Part shown: positions 36,447-46,204 of the stretch, piece by piece | Numbering within the stretch: the first letter of the stretch is position 1 | How the letters are laid out: each line of letters starts with the position of its first letter | From: Candidatus Omnitrophota bacterium | GTDB taxonomy: Bacteria; Omnitrophota; Omnitrophia; Omnitrophales; Aquincolibacteriaceae | Length of the DNA: 64,000 bases | Assembly (NCBI GenBank): GCA_035368605.1 | Contig: DAOSLF010000003.1 | Coordinates: 889-64,888, forward strand | Direction: 5' to 3' | The notes under the pieces: generated by a model | Told to the model about the DNA's origin: nothing | The model's database searches: none | The model's input: only the letters and a program-made list of their open reading frames with translations | Made by a program: the position numbers and the translations under genes

Positions 36447-37727
36447 CTAAACACATTCACCCCGAACCAGGTCCTGGTAGGTCTCGCGTTTGCGGACGAT
36501 CCTGAAGGAGCTTCCCTTCACCATCACCTCGCAGGCGCGACCGCGGGAATTGTAGTTGGAACTCATCGTAAAACCGTAGGCACCCGCGGTCATAATCGTG
36601 AGGCATTCGCCGGGCCGCATTTCGGGAAGCTCCCGATCCTTCGCAAAAAAGTCCCCGCTTTCGCAGATGGGACCAACCACATCGTACACCCAGCGCCGGG
36701 CATCCGGGCGTTTCTGGACGGGCCAGATCGCGTGGTAGGCGTTGTAGAACGCGGGACGGATCAGGTCGTTCATACCCGCGTCCGTAATAAAAAATTTTTT
36801 CACGTTCGTTTCCTTCACATAGAGGATCTTCGCGGCGAGCACACCCGCGTTCCCCACGATGAAACGCCCGGGTTCGAAGATGACCTGGAACTTGCGTTTC
36901 CTGAGCAGGGGGAGGATCTTCGACGCGAACTCGTCTGCCGTCTGCGGGTCCTCGTCGCTATAGATGATGCCAAGGCCGCCGCCGAGGTTGAGGAACCTTA
37001 TCTTCATGCCCGCCGCCTCGATCTCATCGATAAATTCCAGTATCTTGCGGAATGCCTCGACAAAGGGCTCCCCCGTTTCGATCTGGGAACCGATATGGAC
37101 ATGAACACCCGTGAGCCGGGCGTGCGCGAGCGTCTTGCTCGCGAGGTAGATCGCACGCGCGCGTTCAAAGTCGATGCCGAACTTGGTCTCGGCCTTGCCG
37201 GTCGTGATGTAGTCGTGCGTGTGCGGGTCGACGTTCGGGTTGATGCGCAGCGACACATTCACTTTCTTTCGCATCTTCTTCGCGAGCGCGTTGATGCGCT
37301 CGAGCTCGGGCACGGACTCGACGTTGAAAAGGAGGATGCGAGCCCTGATCGCCTCGCGAATCTCCTCGTCCTTTTTTCCGACGCCGGCGTAGACGATCTT
37401 CCGGCCCTGGCATTTCACCTTCCTCGCGCGGAAGAGCTCGCCGCCTGAGACAATGTCGAGGCCGGAGCCCTTCGCGACGAGCGCCCTCAGGACCGCAAGG
37501 TTCGAATTGGCCTTCACGGAATAACAGATCAGGGGCCGCACGGAGCGGAACGCGCGCTGGAGCTTCGCGAGGTGGTCGGTGAGCGTCTTCGAGCTGTAGA
37601 TATACGCGGGCGTGCCGGTCTTCTCCAGGATCTTCCTGAGCGGGACATTCTCGCAGCAGAGCTCGCCCTTCCGGTTATAGCAGAAATCGTGCATCCGGGA
37701 TTCTTCTTCGAAATCGATTCGTGACAT
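36447..37727 (-). CDS. lysA: Diaminopimelate decarboxylase
   Basis: CYSVKANSNLAVLRAL (PLP Lys), LNLGGGLGI, GPICESGD. SD GAGGTAA. Confidence 0.92.
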   Translation of the reverse strand: MSRIDFEEESRMHDFCYNRKGELCCENVPLRKILEKTGTPAYIYSSKTLTDHLAKLQRAFRSVRPLICYSVKANSNLAVLRALVAKGSGLDIVSGGELFRARKVKCQGRKIVYAGVGKKDEEIREAIRARILLFNVESVPELERINALAKKMRKKVNVSLRINPNVDPHTHDYITTGKAETKFGIDFERARAIYLASKTLAHARLTGVHVHIGSQIETGEPFVEAFRKILEFIDEIEAAGMKIRFLNLGGGLGIIYSDEDPQTADEFASKILPLLRKRKFQVIFEPGRFIVGNAGVLAAKILYVKETNVKKFFITDAGMNDLIRPAFYNAYHAIWPVQKRPDARRWVYDVVGPICESGDFFAKDRELPEMRPGECLTIMTAGAYGFTMSSNYNSRGRACEVMVKGSSFRIVRKRETYQDLVRGECV

Positions 37728-37807
37728 AATCGTTACCTCGATTTTCCAGGATAGTTAACTCCCCTCTTTCCTGGGAGGGGCCGGGGGAGATTTCAGATTC
37801 CCCTGGA

Positions 37808-37830
37808 TTCCCCCTTGGCCGAAGGGGGAA
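37808..37830 (-). other. Intercistronic stem-loop directly after the argH stop
   Basis: TTCCCCCTT-CGGCC-AAGGGGGAA (9-bp stem) with no U tract. A second hairpin CCCCTC/GAGGGG lies at 37761-37780. Confidence 0.5.
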
Positions 37831-37833
37831 CGT

Positions 37834-39213
37834 TCAAGCAAGCAGTCTCGTCCAATAGTCCATCTGCTGACGGACCTTGAGGGGATGCGTGCTGCCGATG
37901 GTCTTCTTGCCACGGACCGAAGTCTCGGGGTCGAAGAGATCGTAAATATCCGCGCCGATCCCGGGGGAGAACCTCTTCCACTCCCTGAGCGAAAGTTCCC
38001 GCAGCCCCTTGCCCGACTCCGCGGCGAAGCGCACGGCCTGGCCGACGGTCGAGTGGGCCTCCGAGAACGGGACCTTCTTGCGGACGAGGTACTCAAGGAT
38101 GTCCGTGGCGAAGAGCGTGTCGTCCGCGACCGCTTTCGCCATCGCCTTTTTCTGCCAGGTTGCGGACGCGACCGTGAGTGCGAGCACTTCAAGGGCGATC
38201 GTCGTCTTGTGGACCGCATCGAATGCGCCGGGCTTATCCTCCTGGAGGTCCCGGTTATAAGAAAGCGGCAGTCCCTTCTGGACGGTCAGGATCGACTGCA
38301 GATGCCCGAAGATCACCCCGGCCCTGCCCCGCACGAGCTCAAAGACATCAGGGTTCTTCTTCTGCGGCATCAGGCTGGAGCCCGTCGCGAACGCGTCGTC
38401 GAGCTCGACATACCCGAATGCCTCCGAGTTCCAGAGGATGAAATCCTCGGCGAGCCTCGAAAGATGCATCCAGAGGATCGAAAGGTTCGCCAGAAATTCC
38501 GCAAGGAACCCCCGGTCGCTCACGGCGGTCATGCTGTTTCGGGCGATTTTTTCGAAGCCGAGCTCCTTCGCGAGGAATTTTTGATCGATCGGAAGCGCGG
38601 AACCCGCGAGCGCCGCGGAACCGATCGGGAGGATATTGACGCGCTTCAAGGTGTCGGCAAGTCGGGCCTTGTCCTCCTCGAGCATCTCGACATAGGCGAG
38701 GAGGTGATGCGCGAGCAGCACCGGCTGGGCCTTCCTCAGATGCGTCATGCCGGGGACAATGGCCCCCTGGGCTTTTTCCGCCGCGGCGACGAGCGCCTTC
38801 TGGAGACGCGAGGTTTCATACCGTATCACCGCGATCTTTTCCCGGAGGCAGACCCGGGTGGACGTGACGACGAGGTCGTTCCGGCTGCGGCCCGTGTGGA
38901 GTTTCTTCGCGACCGCGCCTGAGCGCTTTTCGAGTTCGCTTTGGATCAGGGTGTGAATGTCTTCGACCTCCGCGACATAGCGGGCGATGTCTTTTCCCTC
39001 GAGGTCCTTCTCGATCCGCGCGAGGCCTTTCAGGATCGCCTTCGATTCGGCCTGTGTGATGATCGCGGTCCGCGCGAGCATCTTCGCCCACGCCGCGTTT
39101 ACGGCGAGTTCCGCGTCAAAGAGCTCTTTGTCGACGGCGAGCGAATAGCTGAAGCATCTCAACGCCGGATGCATTTCCTTCTTGAACCGACCGCCCCAGA
39201 GTTTTTTGGACAT
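37834..39213 (-). CDS. argH: Argininosuccinate lyase
   Basis: MSKKLWGGRF, GRSRNDLV, GSSLMPQKKNPD signature. Confidence 0.95.
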   Translation of the reverse strand: MSKKLWGGRFKKEMHPALRCFSYSLAVDKELFDAELAVNAAWAKMLARTAIITQAESKAILKGLARIEKDLEGKDIARYVAEVEDIHTLIQSELEKRSGAVAKKLHTGRSRNDLVVTSTRVCLREKIAVIRYETSRLQKALVAAAEKAQGAIVPGMTHLRKAQPVLLAHHLLAYVEMLEEDKARLADTLKRVNILPIGSAALAGSALPIDQKFLAKELGFEKIARNSMTAVSDRGFLAEFLANLSILWMHLSRLAEDFILWNSEAFGYVELDDAFATGSSLMPQKKNPDVFELVRGRAGVIFGHLQSILTVQKGLPLSYNRDLQEDKPGAFDAVHKTTIALEVLALTVASATWQKKAMAKAVADDTLFATDILEYLVRKKVPFSEAHSTVGQAVRFAAESGKGLRELSLREWKRFSPGIGADIYDLFDPETSVRGKKTIGSTHPLKVRQQMDYWTRLLA

Positions 39214-39287
39214 ATTTACCCCCAGCTTGGAGCCCAGCGACGAGAGCCAAGAGCTGTTCCAGGCTCTTCGTTTTTCGCCCTTCGCGC

Positions 39288-40472
39288 TTAGCTTTTATAC
39301 ATTCCCTCGTACGGAAGGCCCCAGAGTTTCATGAACCCCGTCGCGGCCGTCCGGTCGAAGAGATCGCCCTTTGAATACGTCGCGAGTTTTTCCCGGTAGA
39401 GCGCAAACTTTGATTCGCGGCCCACGCAGATCGCGTGGCCCCGGTCGAGCTTGATCCTCACTTTTCCCGTGACACGCGCCTGGTTGGAGGCAAAGAAGGC
39501 GTCGAGGGCTTTTCTCAGGGGCGAGAACCAGAGCCCGAAATAGACAAGCTCGGCATATTTTTCGCTGAGCACGCGCTTGTAATGGATGAACTCGCGGTCC
39601 ATGACGAAGCCCTCGAGCTCGTCGTGGGCCTTCAGGAGCACATCCGCGGCCGGGGCCTCGTAGACCTCGCGGCTCTTGATCCCGACCAGGCGATTCTCGA
39701 TCATGTCAAAACGCCCGACGCCGTAGGCGCCCGCGACTGCATTGAGCCTGTCGATCAGCGTCACGAGCGGCATCTTCTTTCCGTCAAGGCTGACCGGCAC
39801 GCCCTTCACGAAACCGATCTCGATGTAGCGCGGCTTCTTCGGCGTCTTGTCACAGGCCTTTGTCATCACGTACGCGTCTTCCGGCGGCTCGAGCATGGGG
39901 TCTTCCAAAATCCCGGCCTCGATCGCGATCCCCCAGATGTTCTTGTCGATCGAGTAGATGCTTTTTTTCGTCACATCGATCGGGATACATTTCTCCCGCG
40001 CGTATTCGATCTCTTCTTCGCGGGTCTTAAACTCCCACTCGCGGAGCGGGGCAATGATCTTGAGATCCGGATTGAGCGCCCTCACCCCCACTTCAAGGCG
40101 GACCTGATCGTTGCCCTTGCCCGTGCAACCGTGCGCCACGGCCTCGGCGCCCTCGCGTTCAGCGACCTCGACCAGGTGCTTCGCGATCATGGGACGCCCG
40201 AGCGCGGTCGCGAGCGGATATTTCCCCTCGTAACGCGCGTGGGCCCAGATCGCGGGAAGGATGTAGTCCTTCGCGAACTCGTCCTTGAGATCGACGATGA
40301 AGGTCTTGAGCGCGCCGGCGGCTTTCGCGCGCTTGATCAGCTTGGTCTTGTCCTTGACTTCCCCGATGAACGCGGAAAAACAGATGACCTCGTAGCCGTA
40401 ATGTTCCTGCAGCCATTTCACGGCGCAGGAAGTGTCAAGTCCGCCTGAATATGCCAGCACTATTTTTTTCAT
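39288..40472 (-). CDS. argG: Argininosuccinate synthase
   Basis: KIVLAYSGGLDTS and full-length similarity. Confidence 0.95.
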   Translation of the reverse strand: MKKIVLAYSGGLDTSCAVKWLQEHYGYEVICFSAFIGEVKDKTKLIKRAKAAGALKTFIVDLKDEFAKDYILPAIWAHARYEGKYPLATALGRPMIAKHLVEVAEREGAEAVAHGCTGKGNDQVRLEVGVRALNPDLKIIAPLREWEFKTREEEIEYAREKCIPIDVTKKSIYSIDKNIWGIAIEAGILEDPMLEPPEDAYVMTKACDKTPKKPRYIEIGFVKGVPVSLDGKKMPLVTLIDRLNAVAGAYGVGRFDMIENRLVGIKSREVYEAPAADVLLKAHDELEGFVMDREFIHYKRVLSEKYAELVYFGLWFSPLRKALDAFFASNQARVTGKVRIKLDRGHAICVGRESKFALYREKLATYSKGDLFDRTAATGFMKLWGLPYEGMYKS

Positions 40473-40541
40473 TGTTTCATCCTTTTCAATGACTGAAGGC
40501 CGGAAATGTTCCGGTTTTTCAAAAATCGATCGTCCCCAGCC

Positions 40542-41471
40542 TTATTGGATCGCTCCTTCGTTAAAGAGATGAAGCAAAACGGCCTTCTGGATGTGAAGCC
40601 GGTTCTCGGTTTCGTCGAATACGATGCAGTTCTTGCTTTCCATGACACTGTCGGTGATCTCCTCGCCGCGGTGCGCCGGCAGGCAGTGCATGATGAGCAC
40701 GTTTTTCCTGGCCTTCGCGACGAGCTCCCTATTGACCTGCATGCCCTGAAAGTCCTTCAGCTTCTTCTTCCGCATCGCCTCTTCGCCCATACTGACCCAG
40801 ACATCGGTGTAAATCGCATCCGCTCCGGCCACGGCCCTGGCGGGGTCAAAGAACCCTTCGATCACGGCCCCCGTCTTTTTCGCGATTTCCCGCGCGGTCC
40901 TCACGATCTTGGCGTCGGGCTGGTATTTCTTCGGCGTCGCGTAACGGATCTTCGCGCCCAGTTTCGCCGCGACAAGGATCAGCGAGTGCAGGACATTGTT
41001 GCCATCCCCTACGAACGCGAGGACGGGGTCTTTTTCGGCGGGGATCTTCTCATACAGCGTCATGTAATCCGCAAGCGCCTGGCAGGGATGCTCCTTGTCG
41101 CTCAAGCCGTTGATGACGGGTTTGTCGAAGTAGTCCCGGAACTCGGTAATTGTCCAGTGCGAAAAGGTTCGCATGACGACCCCCGCGAGGTACCGGTTGA
41201 GGACGCGCGCGACATCCCGCACCTCTTCCCGCACGCCGAGCTGGATGTCCTCGGGTCCGAGGTAGATCACACCGCCTCCCATCGCAAAGATGCCCGCCTG
41301 GAACGAAACCCAGGTCCTGGTCGACGGTTTCTCGAAAATGAAACCGAACATGCGTCCCTCGAGAACGTTCCGGAAATCCTGCGGCCGGGCCTTGAGATCC
41401 GCCGCAAGTGCGAACAACTTTTTGATCTCGTCCGTGCTGAGGTCGTTGATCGAGATCAATGAGTCGAACAT
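40542..41471 (-). CDS. argF: Ornithine carbamoyltransferase
   Basis: FEKPSTRTWVSF, HCLPAHRGEE. Confidence 0.92.
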   Translation of the reverse strand: MFDSLISINDLSTDEIKKLFALAADLKARPQDFRNVLEGRMFGFIFEKPSTRTWVSFQAGIFAMGGGVIYLGPEDIQLGVREEVRDVARVLNRYLAGVVMRTFSHWTITEFRDYFDKPVINGLSDKEHPCQALADYMTLYEKIPAEKDPVLAFVGDGNNVLHSLILVAAKLGAKIRYATPKKYQPDAKIVRTAREIAKKTGAVIEGFFDPARAVAGADAIYTDVWVSMGEEAMRKKKLKDFQGMQVNRELVAKARKNVLIMHCLPAHRGEEITDSVMESKNCIVFDETENRLHIQKAVLLHLFNEGAIQ

Positions 41472-42679
41472 GAGCAGTCTTCCTGTTTTTTCGACAGCTT
41501 CGCGAATACCTGGTCAAGGATCGCGACGGCCCTGCGGACCTCTTTCGCGGTCACGTTGAGCGCCGGCAGGAACCGTAGCACGTCGCCCTGGGTCGAATTG
41601 ACCAGAAGCCCCCGGTCGCGCGCCTCCTGGGCGTAGGGCGCGGACGGTGCGCTGAGCTTGAGGGCGCACATAAGGGCCATGCCGCGATATTCCTCGATCA
41701 CGGGATACTTTTCCCGGAGCTTCTCGAACTCGATCTTGAGGAGTTCCCCCATCCGGACCGTATTCGTGAGCAGTTTTTCCTTGCGAATCGCCTTAAAAAC
41801 GGCCAGGGACGCCGCGCACACGAGCGGGCTCCCGCCGAAGGTCGAGCCGTGCATGCCGGCCGTCAGAACCTCTTTTCTGATCCGTTTGTTCACGACAAAC
41901 GCACCGATCGGAACACCGCCGCCCAAAGCCTTCGAAAGCGTCATAATATCCGGTTCGACGCCGTGGTAATGCTGGTAGGCGAACATCTTGCCCGTCCGCC
42001 CCATACCGGTCTGCACTTCATCCAGGATGAGAAGCATATCCCGCTCGTCGCAAAGCTGGCGCAGGCCCTGCATGAATTCCGGCTTCGCGACGTGGATTCC
42101 GCCCTCCCCCTGGATCGGCTCGAGCATGATCGCCACAGTCTTCGGCGTGAGAAGTTTTTTCACGGACTCAAGATCGTTGAACTCGGCGTAGTGGAACTTC
42201 TCGATCAGCGGCTCGAAACCCTGATGAAACTTGTCCTGGCCGGTCGCGGTCATCGCTGCGATCGTCCTTCCGTGGAAGGACCGCTTCATCGTGATGATCT
42301 CGTAGCGACCGGTCTCGCCACCGTACTTTTTGGCGAACTTGATGGCACCCTCGTTCGCCTCGGCGCCGGAATTGCCGAAGAATACGCGTCCCGGGAAGGA
42401 GGCTTTCACAATCTCGCTGGCGAGCTCCGACTGCTTGATGTTGAGGAAGTTGTTCGGGATGTGGAGCATCGTCCGGGACTGGTGTTTGATCGCGTTGATC
42501 ACGGCCGGATGGCAGTGCCCCAGGCACGACACGCCCCAGCCCGGGAAGAAATCAAGATACTCCTTGCCTTCCAGGTCCCAGACCCGCGATCCTTTCCCCT
42601 TCACGAGACAGACCGGCAGCCGCGTGTAAGTGGGCATCACGTATTCGTTATAAAGTTTCTGGACGTCTGTGGTTTTCAT
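41456..42679 (-). CDS. argD: Acetylornithine aminotransferase
   Basis: Class-III aminotransferase: LILDEVQTGMGRTGKMFAYQH, TLSKALGGG. Overlaps argF by 16 nt. Confidence 0.9.
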   Translation of the reverse strand: MKTTDVQKLYNEYVMPTYTRLPVCLVKGKGSRVWDLEGKEYLDFFPGWGVSCLGHCHPAVINAIKHQSRTMLHIPNNFLNIKQSELASEIVKASFPGRVFFGNSGAEANEGAIKFAKKYGGETGRYEIITMKRSFHGRTIAAMTATGQDKFHQGFEPLIEKFHYAEFNDLESVKKLLTPKTVAIMLEPIQGEGGIHVAKPEFMQGLRQLCDERDMLLILDEVQTGMGRTGKMFAYQHYHGVEPDIMTLSKALGGGVPIGAFVVNKRIRKEVLTAGMHGSTFGGSPLVCAASLAVFKAIRKEKLLTNTVRMGELLKIEFEKLREKYPVIEEYRGMALMCALKLSAPSAPYAQEARDRGLLVNSTQGDVLRFLPALNVTAKEVRRAVAILDQVFAKLSKKQEDCSCSTH

Positions 42680-42718
42680 AGCCCTGTGTTCAGTTCTCAG
42701 CCCTCGGCATTCAGCCTT

Positions 42719-42746
42719 TACTGATAGCTGATCGCTGATGGCTGAT
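42719..42746 (-). repeat. Four tandem heptamers (plus strand NNCTGAT; minus strand AUCAGNN) in the argB-argD spacer
   Basis: Plus strand: TACTGAT AGCTGAT CGCTGAT GGCTGAT. On the mRNA these are AUCAGCC AUCAGCG AUCAGCU AUCAGUA, followed by two complementary GGCUGA motifs (42695-42716). Confidence 0.7.
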
Positions 42747-42748
42747 CC

Positions 42749-43603
42749 CTATAGAGTTATTTCCGTTCCGATTCCCTGATCGGTAAAAATCTCGAGTAGC
42801 AACGCGTGCGGGATGCGCCCGTCGATGATGTGCGCTTTGGGGACACCGCCCTCAAGCGCGTCGATGCAGGCCTTCACCTTCGGGATCATGCCTCCCGAGA
42901 TGATCTGCTGGTCGATCAGCCTCTGCGTGTCGCCCACGCACAGTGACGGGATCAGGGTGCTTTCATCCTTGAAATCGCGCAGGATGCCCCTCACGTTCGT
43001 AAGCACCATGAACTTCTGGACTTGCATGGCGGCCGCGATGTTGGCCGCCGCCTCGTCCGCGTTCACGTTGTATATTTCGCCGTCCGGCCCCTTACCGACC
43101 GGAAAGATCACGGGAATCTTTCCGAACCCCGTCAGTTCCTTGATCGGGACCGTGTTGACCGAGGACACGTCGCCGACGAAACCGATGTCCCCGTGTTCCG
43201 TGTTCTTCACGACACTCAGGACCTTTGCGTCGTAACCGGAAAGACCGACCGCCGAACCGCCGAGCCGTTCGATGTCGTGAACGATGCCGCGGTTGAGCTC
43301 GGCCAGCGTTTCGTTGACAACCGAAATCGCGGGTTTGTCCGTCACGCGCAGTCCGTTGATAAACTGGCTCTGGATGCCCTTTTTCTTCATGTTCTCGGTG
43401 ATGTACTTGCCGCCGCCGTGAATCAGGACCGGACGGATACCGACGTAGCTCATGAACACGAGATCCTGGAGCACCATGTCCCGCACTTCCTGGTACGTGA
43501 GCGCGGCACCGCCATACTTGATGAGAACTTCCTTGCCGCGGAATTTCTGAATGTACGGAAGCGCTTCGATGAGGACGCCGGCCTTTTTGATCAGTTCCTG
43601 CAT
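42749..43603 (-). CDS. argB: Acetylglutamate kinase
   Basis: VLIKYGGAAL and full-length AAK-family ArgB similarity. Confidence 0.92.
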   Translation of the reverse strand: MQELIKKAGVLIEALPYIQKFRGKEVLIKYGGAALTYQEVRDMVLQDLVFMSYVGIRPVLIHGGGKYITENMKKKGIQSQFINGLRVTDKPAISVVNETLAELNRGIVHDIERLGGSAVGLSGYDAKVLSVVKNTEHGDIGFVGDVSSVNTVPIKELTGFGKIPVIFPVGKGPDGEIYNVNADEAAANIAAAMQVQKFMVLTNVRGILRDFKDESTLIPSLCVGDTQRLIDQQIISGGMIPKVKACIDALEGGVPKAHIIDGRIPHALLLEIFTDQGIGTEITL

Positions 43604-43677
43604 TTTTTCGTGTGGAGCGCAGCGTGTTCGGCGTGGAGTTTTCCCCTACGCTCTACACTGCACGCTCTTCCCTTTCT

Positions 43678-44898
43678 CTAGGAATATGCCGCGTTAATGA
43701 GAACGTACTTCGTCGTGAGGTCGGACGTGATAAACTCCGCCCGGCCGCGGCCTTTGCCGATCTTGACATCGATCGTGTACTCTTTTTTCTGGAGGATCCG
43801 CCGCGCCTTCGGGATGTTGAGGACGCGAAGCTTCCCGAGGTGCACGACTTCGGCGTCACCGAACGAGATACTCAGGTGGTTCGGGTTGAAATCCACGCCG
43901 CTCGCGCCAACCGCGGCCGCGATGCGCCCCCAGTTCGGGTTCGAACCCGCGAGCATGGTCTTGAAAAGCATCGAGTTGGCGATCTGCCGCGCCGCGCGCT
44001 CGGCGTCCGTCGGGGTTTTCGCCCCCGAGAGACGCAGTTTGCAGACGTGCGTCACGCCCTCGCCGTCCTTCACCATTTCATAGGCGATGTACCGCATAAC
44101 CTCTTCGAGGGCCTCACGGAACATCCAGTAGTCGCGGTCGACCTTCGCGATCGTTGGGTTGCCGGCCAGGCCGTTCGCGAGGCAAAGCACCATGTCGTTG
44201 GTGCTCATATCGTTGTCGATCGCCATGCTGTTGAACGTGTCGTCCGCCGCGTGGCGCACCGCACGCCGCAGCATCGGTTTCGTGATCGCGCAATCGGTCG
44301 TGATGAAACAAAGCATCGTCGCCATATTCGGGTGCACCATACCCGCGCCCTTCGCGCAGGCCGCGATCGTCACTTTCTTCCCGCCGAGCTCGATCGAAAG
44401 CGCGATCTCCTTGTTGGAAAGGTCCGTTGTCAGAATCCCTTTCGCCGCGCCGTGACCGCCCGTGTCGGAGAGCTTCGCGACCAGTTTCGGGATCGCCCGT
44501 TTGACGCGCGTGACCGGGAACGGCACGCCGATAATTCCCGTCTGGGCGATGAGGACCTCGTTCGGGAGCACCTCGAGGGCCTTCGCGGTCTCCCATGTGA
44601 TTTCGTCAACCGCCTTCTTGCCGATCGCCCCATTCAGGCAATTTGCGTTCCCGCTCGTCCCGAGAATGGCGTGGTGCCTCGCATTGTTGATAACCTTCAT
44701 GGAATACAGCACGGGCCACGCCTTCGCGCGGTTGGTTGTGAACGTTCCCGCCGCGACACACGGAATCTTCGAGAAGATCAGCGACATGTCATATTTTTTT
44801 TTCTTCTTTTTGATGCCCGCGTGAATGCCGCCCGCCACGAAACCGCGCGGGGAAGTCACCGAACCGTTTTTTTCTCTCTTCCAAAAAGGTTTTTTCAT
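43678..44898 (-). CDS. argJ: Bifunctional glutamate N-acetyltransferase/amino-acid acetyltransferase
   Basis: KGAGMVHPNMATMLCFITTD (autocleavage site before Thr). Confidence 0.92.
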   Translation of the reverse strand: MKKPFWKREKNGSVTSPRGFVAGGIHAGIKKKKKKYDMSLIFSKIPCVAAGTFTTNRAKAWPVLYSMKVINNARHHAILGTSGNANCLNGAIGKKAVDEITWETAKALEVLPNEVLIAQTGIIGVPFPVTRVKRAIPKLVAKLSDTGGHGAAKGILTTDLSNKEIALSIELGGKKVTIAACAKGAGMVHPNMATMLCFITTDCAITKPMLRRAVRHAADDTFNSMAIDNDMSTNDMVLCLANGLAGNPTIAKVDRDYWMFREALEEVMRYIAYEMVKDGEGVTHVCKLRLSGAKTPTDAERAARQIANSMLFKTMLAGSNPNWGRIAAAVGASGVDFNPNHLSISFGDAEVVHLGKLRVLNIPKARRILQKKEYTIDVKIGKGRGRAEFITSDLTTKYVLINAAYS

Positions 44899-44976
44899 CG
44901 AGAACTGCTCTCCCTTAGATTGACTTGCATAGCGGTTTTCGCACTTCGTTCACAGCGATCATATCGTGAAGCGGTT

Positions 44977-46002
44977 TCAGATGAGCCCCGCACCCTCGGG
45001 GAAACCGAACCGGATGTTCATGTTCTGGACCGCCTGACCGGAGGCGCCCTTTAAAAGATTGTCGATGGCCGTAATGATGACAAGCCGCCCCGTGCGGGCG
45101 TCGAGCGAAACGCCGATGTCGCAGAAATTCGTGTTCCGGACGTCCTTCAGGCTCGGGAACTGTCCCGCAGGCTTGACCCGCACGAACGGGTCCTTGCCAT
45201 ACGCGGTCACGAGCGCCCGCCGCACTTCATCCTCCGTCACCGTCTTTTTGGCGGGCTCGACATAGATCGTCGCGAGAATACCGCGGTACACGGGAAGAAG
45301 ATGCGGGATGAACGTGATCGCAACCTCGCGGCCGGCCGCCAACGAAAGATTCTGCTCGATCTCGGGAATATGCTGGTGTTTATTGACCTTGTACGCGTTG
45401 TAGTTCCCGTCCACTTCGCAGAACTGTGTCGAGGTGACAAGCTTCTTCCCCGCGCCGCTCACGCCGGACGCGGCATTGATGATGACGGGATCATGCTTGA
45501 TAAGCTTCTTCTCCAAGAGCGGAATGAGCGCGAGCGAAGGGCCTGTCGGATAACACCCGGGATTGGAAATAAGCTCGGCCTTCCTGATCTTCTTCCGGTT
45601 CACTTCGCAAAGTCCGTAAACGGCCTGCCGGAGCCGCGCCGGGAACGCATGGTCGATTCCGTACCACTTCGGATAAAGCGTCGCGTCTTTCAGCCGGAAA
45701 TCCGCGGAGAGATCAATCACAACCTTTCCCGCCTGCAGAAACAGGTCCCCGGTCGTCATCGCCTCCGTGTGGGGCAGGCAGAGAAAAACCATGTCGGCCT
45801 TCTTCCTGAGATCTTCAAAATCATACGGGGTGATCTGGAGTTGCACGCCCCTGGGAACGGACGGAAGGACCTCAGAAAGCGGGATCGGCTTTTCCTGCCG
45901 AGTGGTGAGATGAGTGATCCGAACATCCGGATGGGAAAGCAACAACCTCGTGAGTTCAGCGCCTGTGTAACCCGTAGCGCCCAAGACAGCGCAGTTCAAC
46001 AT
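44977..46002 (-). CDS. argC: N-acetyl-gamma-glutamyl-phosphate reductase
   Basis: VLGATGYTG, catalytic Cys context SNPGCYPTG. Confidence 0.92.
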   Translation of the reverse strand: MLNCAVLGATGYTGAELTRLLLSHPDVRITHLTTRQEKPIPLSEVLPSVPRGVQLQITPYDFEDLRKKADMVFLCLPHTEAMTTGDLFLQAGKVVIDLSADFRLKDATLYPKWYGIDHAFPARLRQAVYGLCEVNRKKIRKAELISNPGCYPTGPSLALIPLLEKKLIKHDPVIINAASGVSGAGKKLVTSTQFCEVDGNYNAYKVNKHQHIPEIEQNLSLAAGREVAITFIPHLLPVYRGILATIYVEPAKKTVTEDEVRRALVTAYGKDPFVRVKPAGQFPSLKDVRNTNFCDIGVSLDARTGRLVIITAIDNLLKGASGQAVQNMNIRFGFPEGAGLI

Positions 46003-46058
46003 CTGACGTCGGTTTCTCCTTTGCGGGAATAAAGGGACAGCCTCCTTGAGAACGCGTT

Positions 46059-46087
46059 ATTATAGGAATAGCTCTATCCTTTGTCAA
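46059..46087 (-). promoter_or_regulatory. Consensus sigma70 promoter of the arg-lysA operon
   Basis: Minus strand: TTGACA (46087-46082), 17 nt, TATAAT (46064-46059). About a 50-nt leader with AAAGGAGAA before argC ATG 46002. Confidence 0.7.
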
Positions 46088-46175
46088 TTTAAGAAGTTAC
46101 GTCAAAAACCGGGGATGGACCGCGGCTCAAAACACTCATAACTCCATACCACGAATCAGGTTACGTGTATTTTGA

Positions 46176-46204
46176 TTGACATTCAGAGGTTAAATCTCTA
46201 TCTT
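46176..46204 (+). promoter_or_regulatory. Putative rnc promoter (near-leaderless)
   Basis: TTGACA (46176-46181), 17 nt, TATCTT (46199-46204). ATG codons at 46205 and 46214 with no SD. Confidence 0.5.

Noticed and set aside
37755-38219. 154-aa minus-strand ORF rich in Arg/Ser/Pro
   Set aside because: It is an alternative frame overlapping argH and the argH-lysA spacer, with low-complexity translation.
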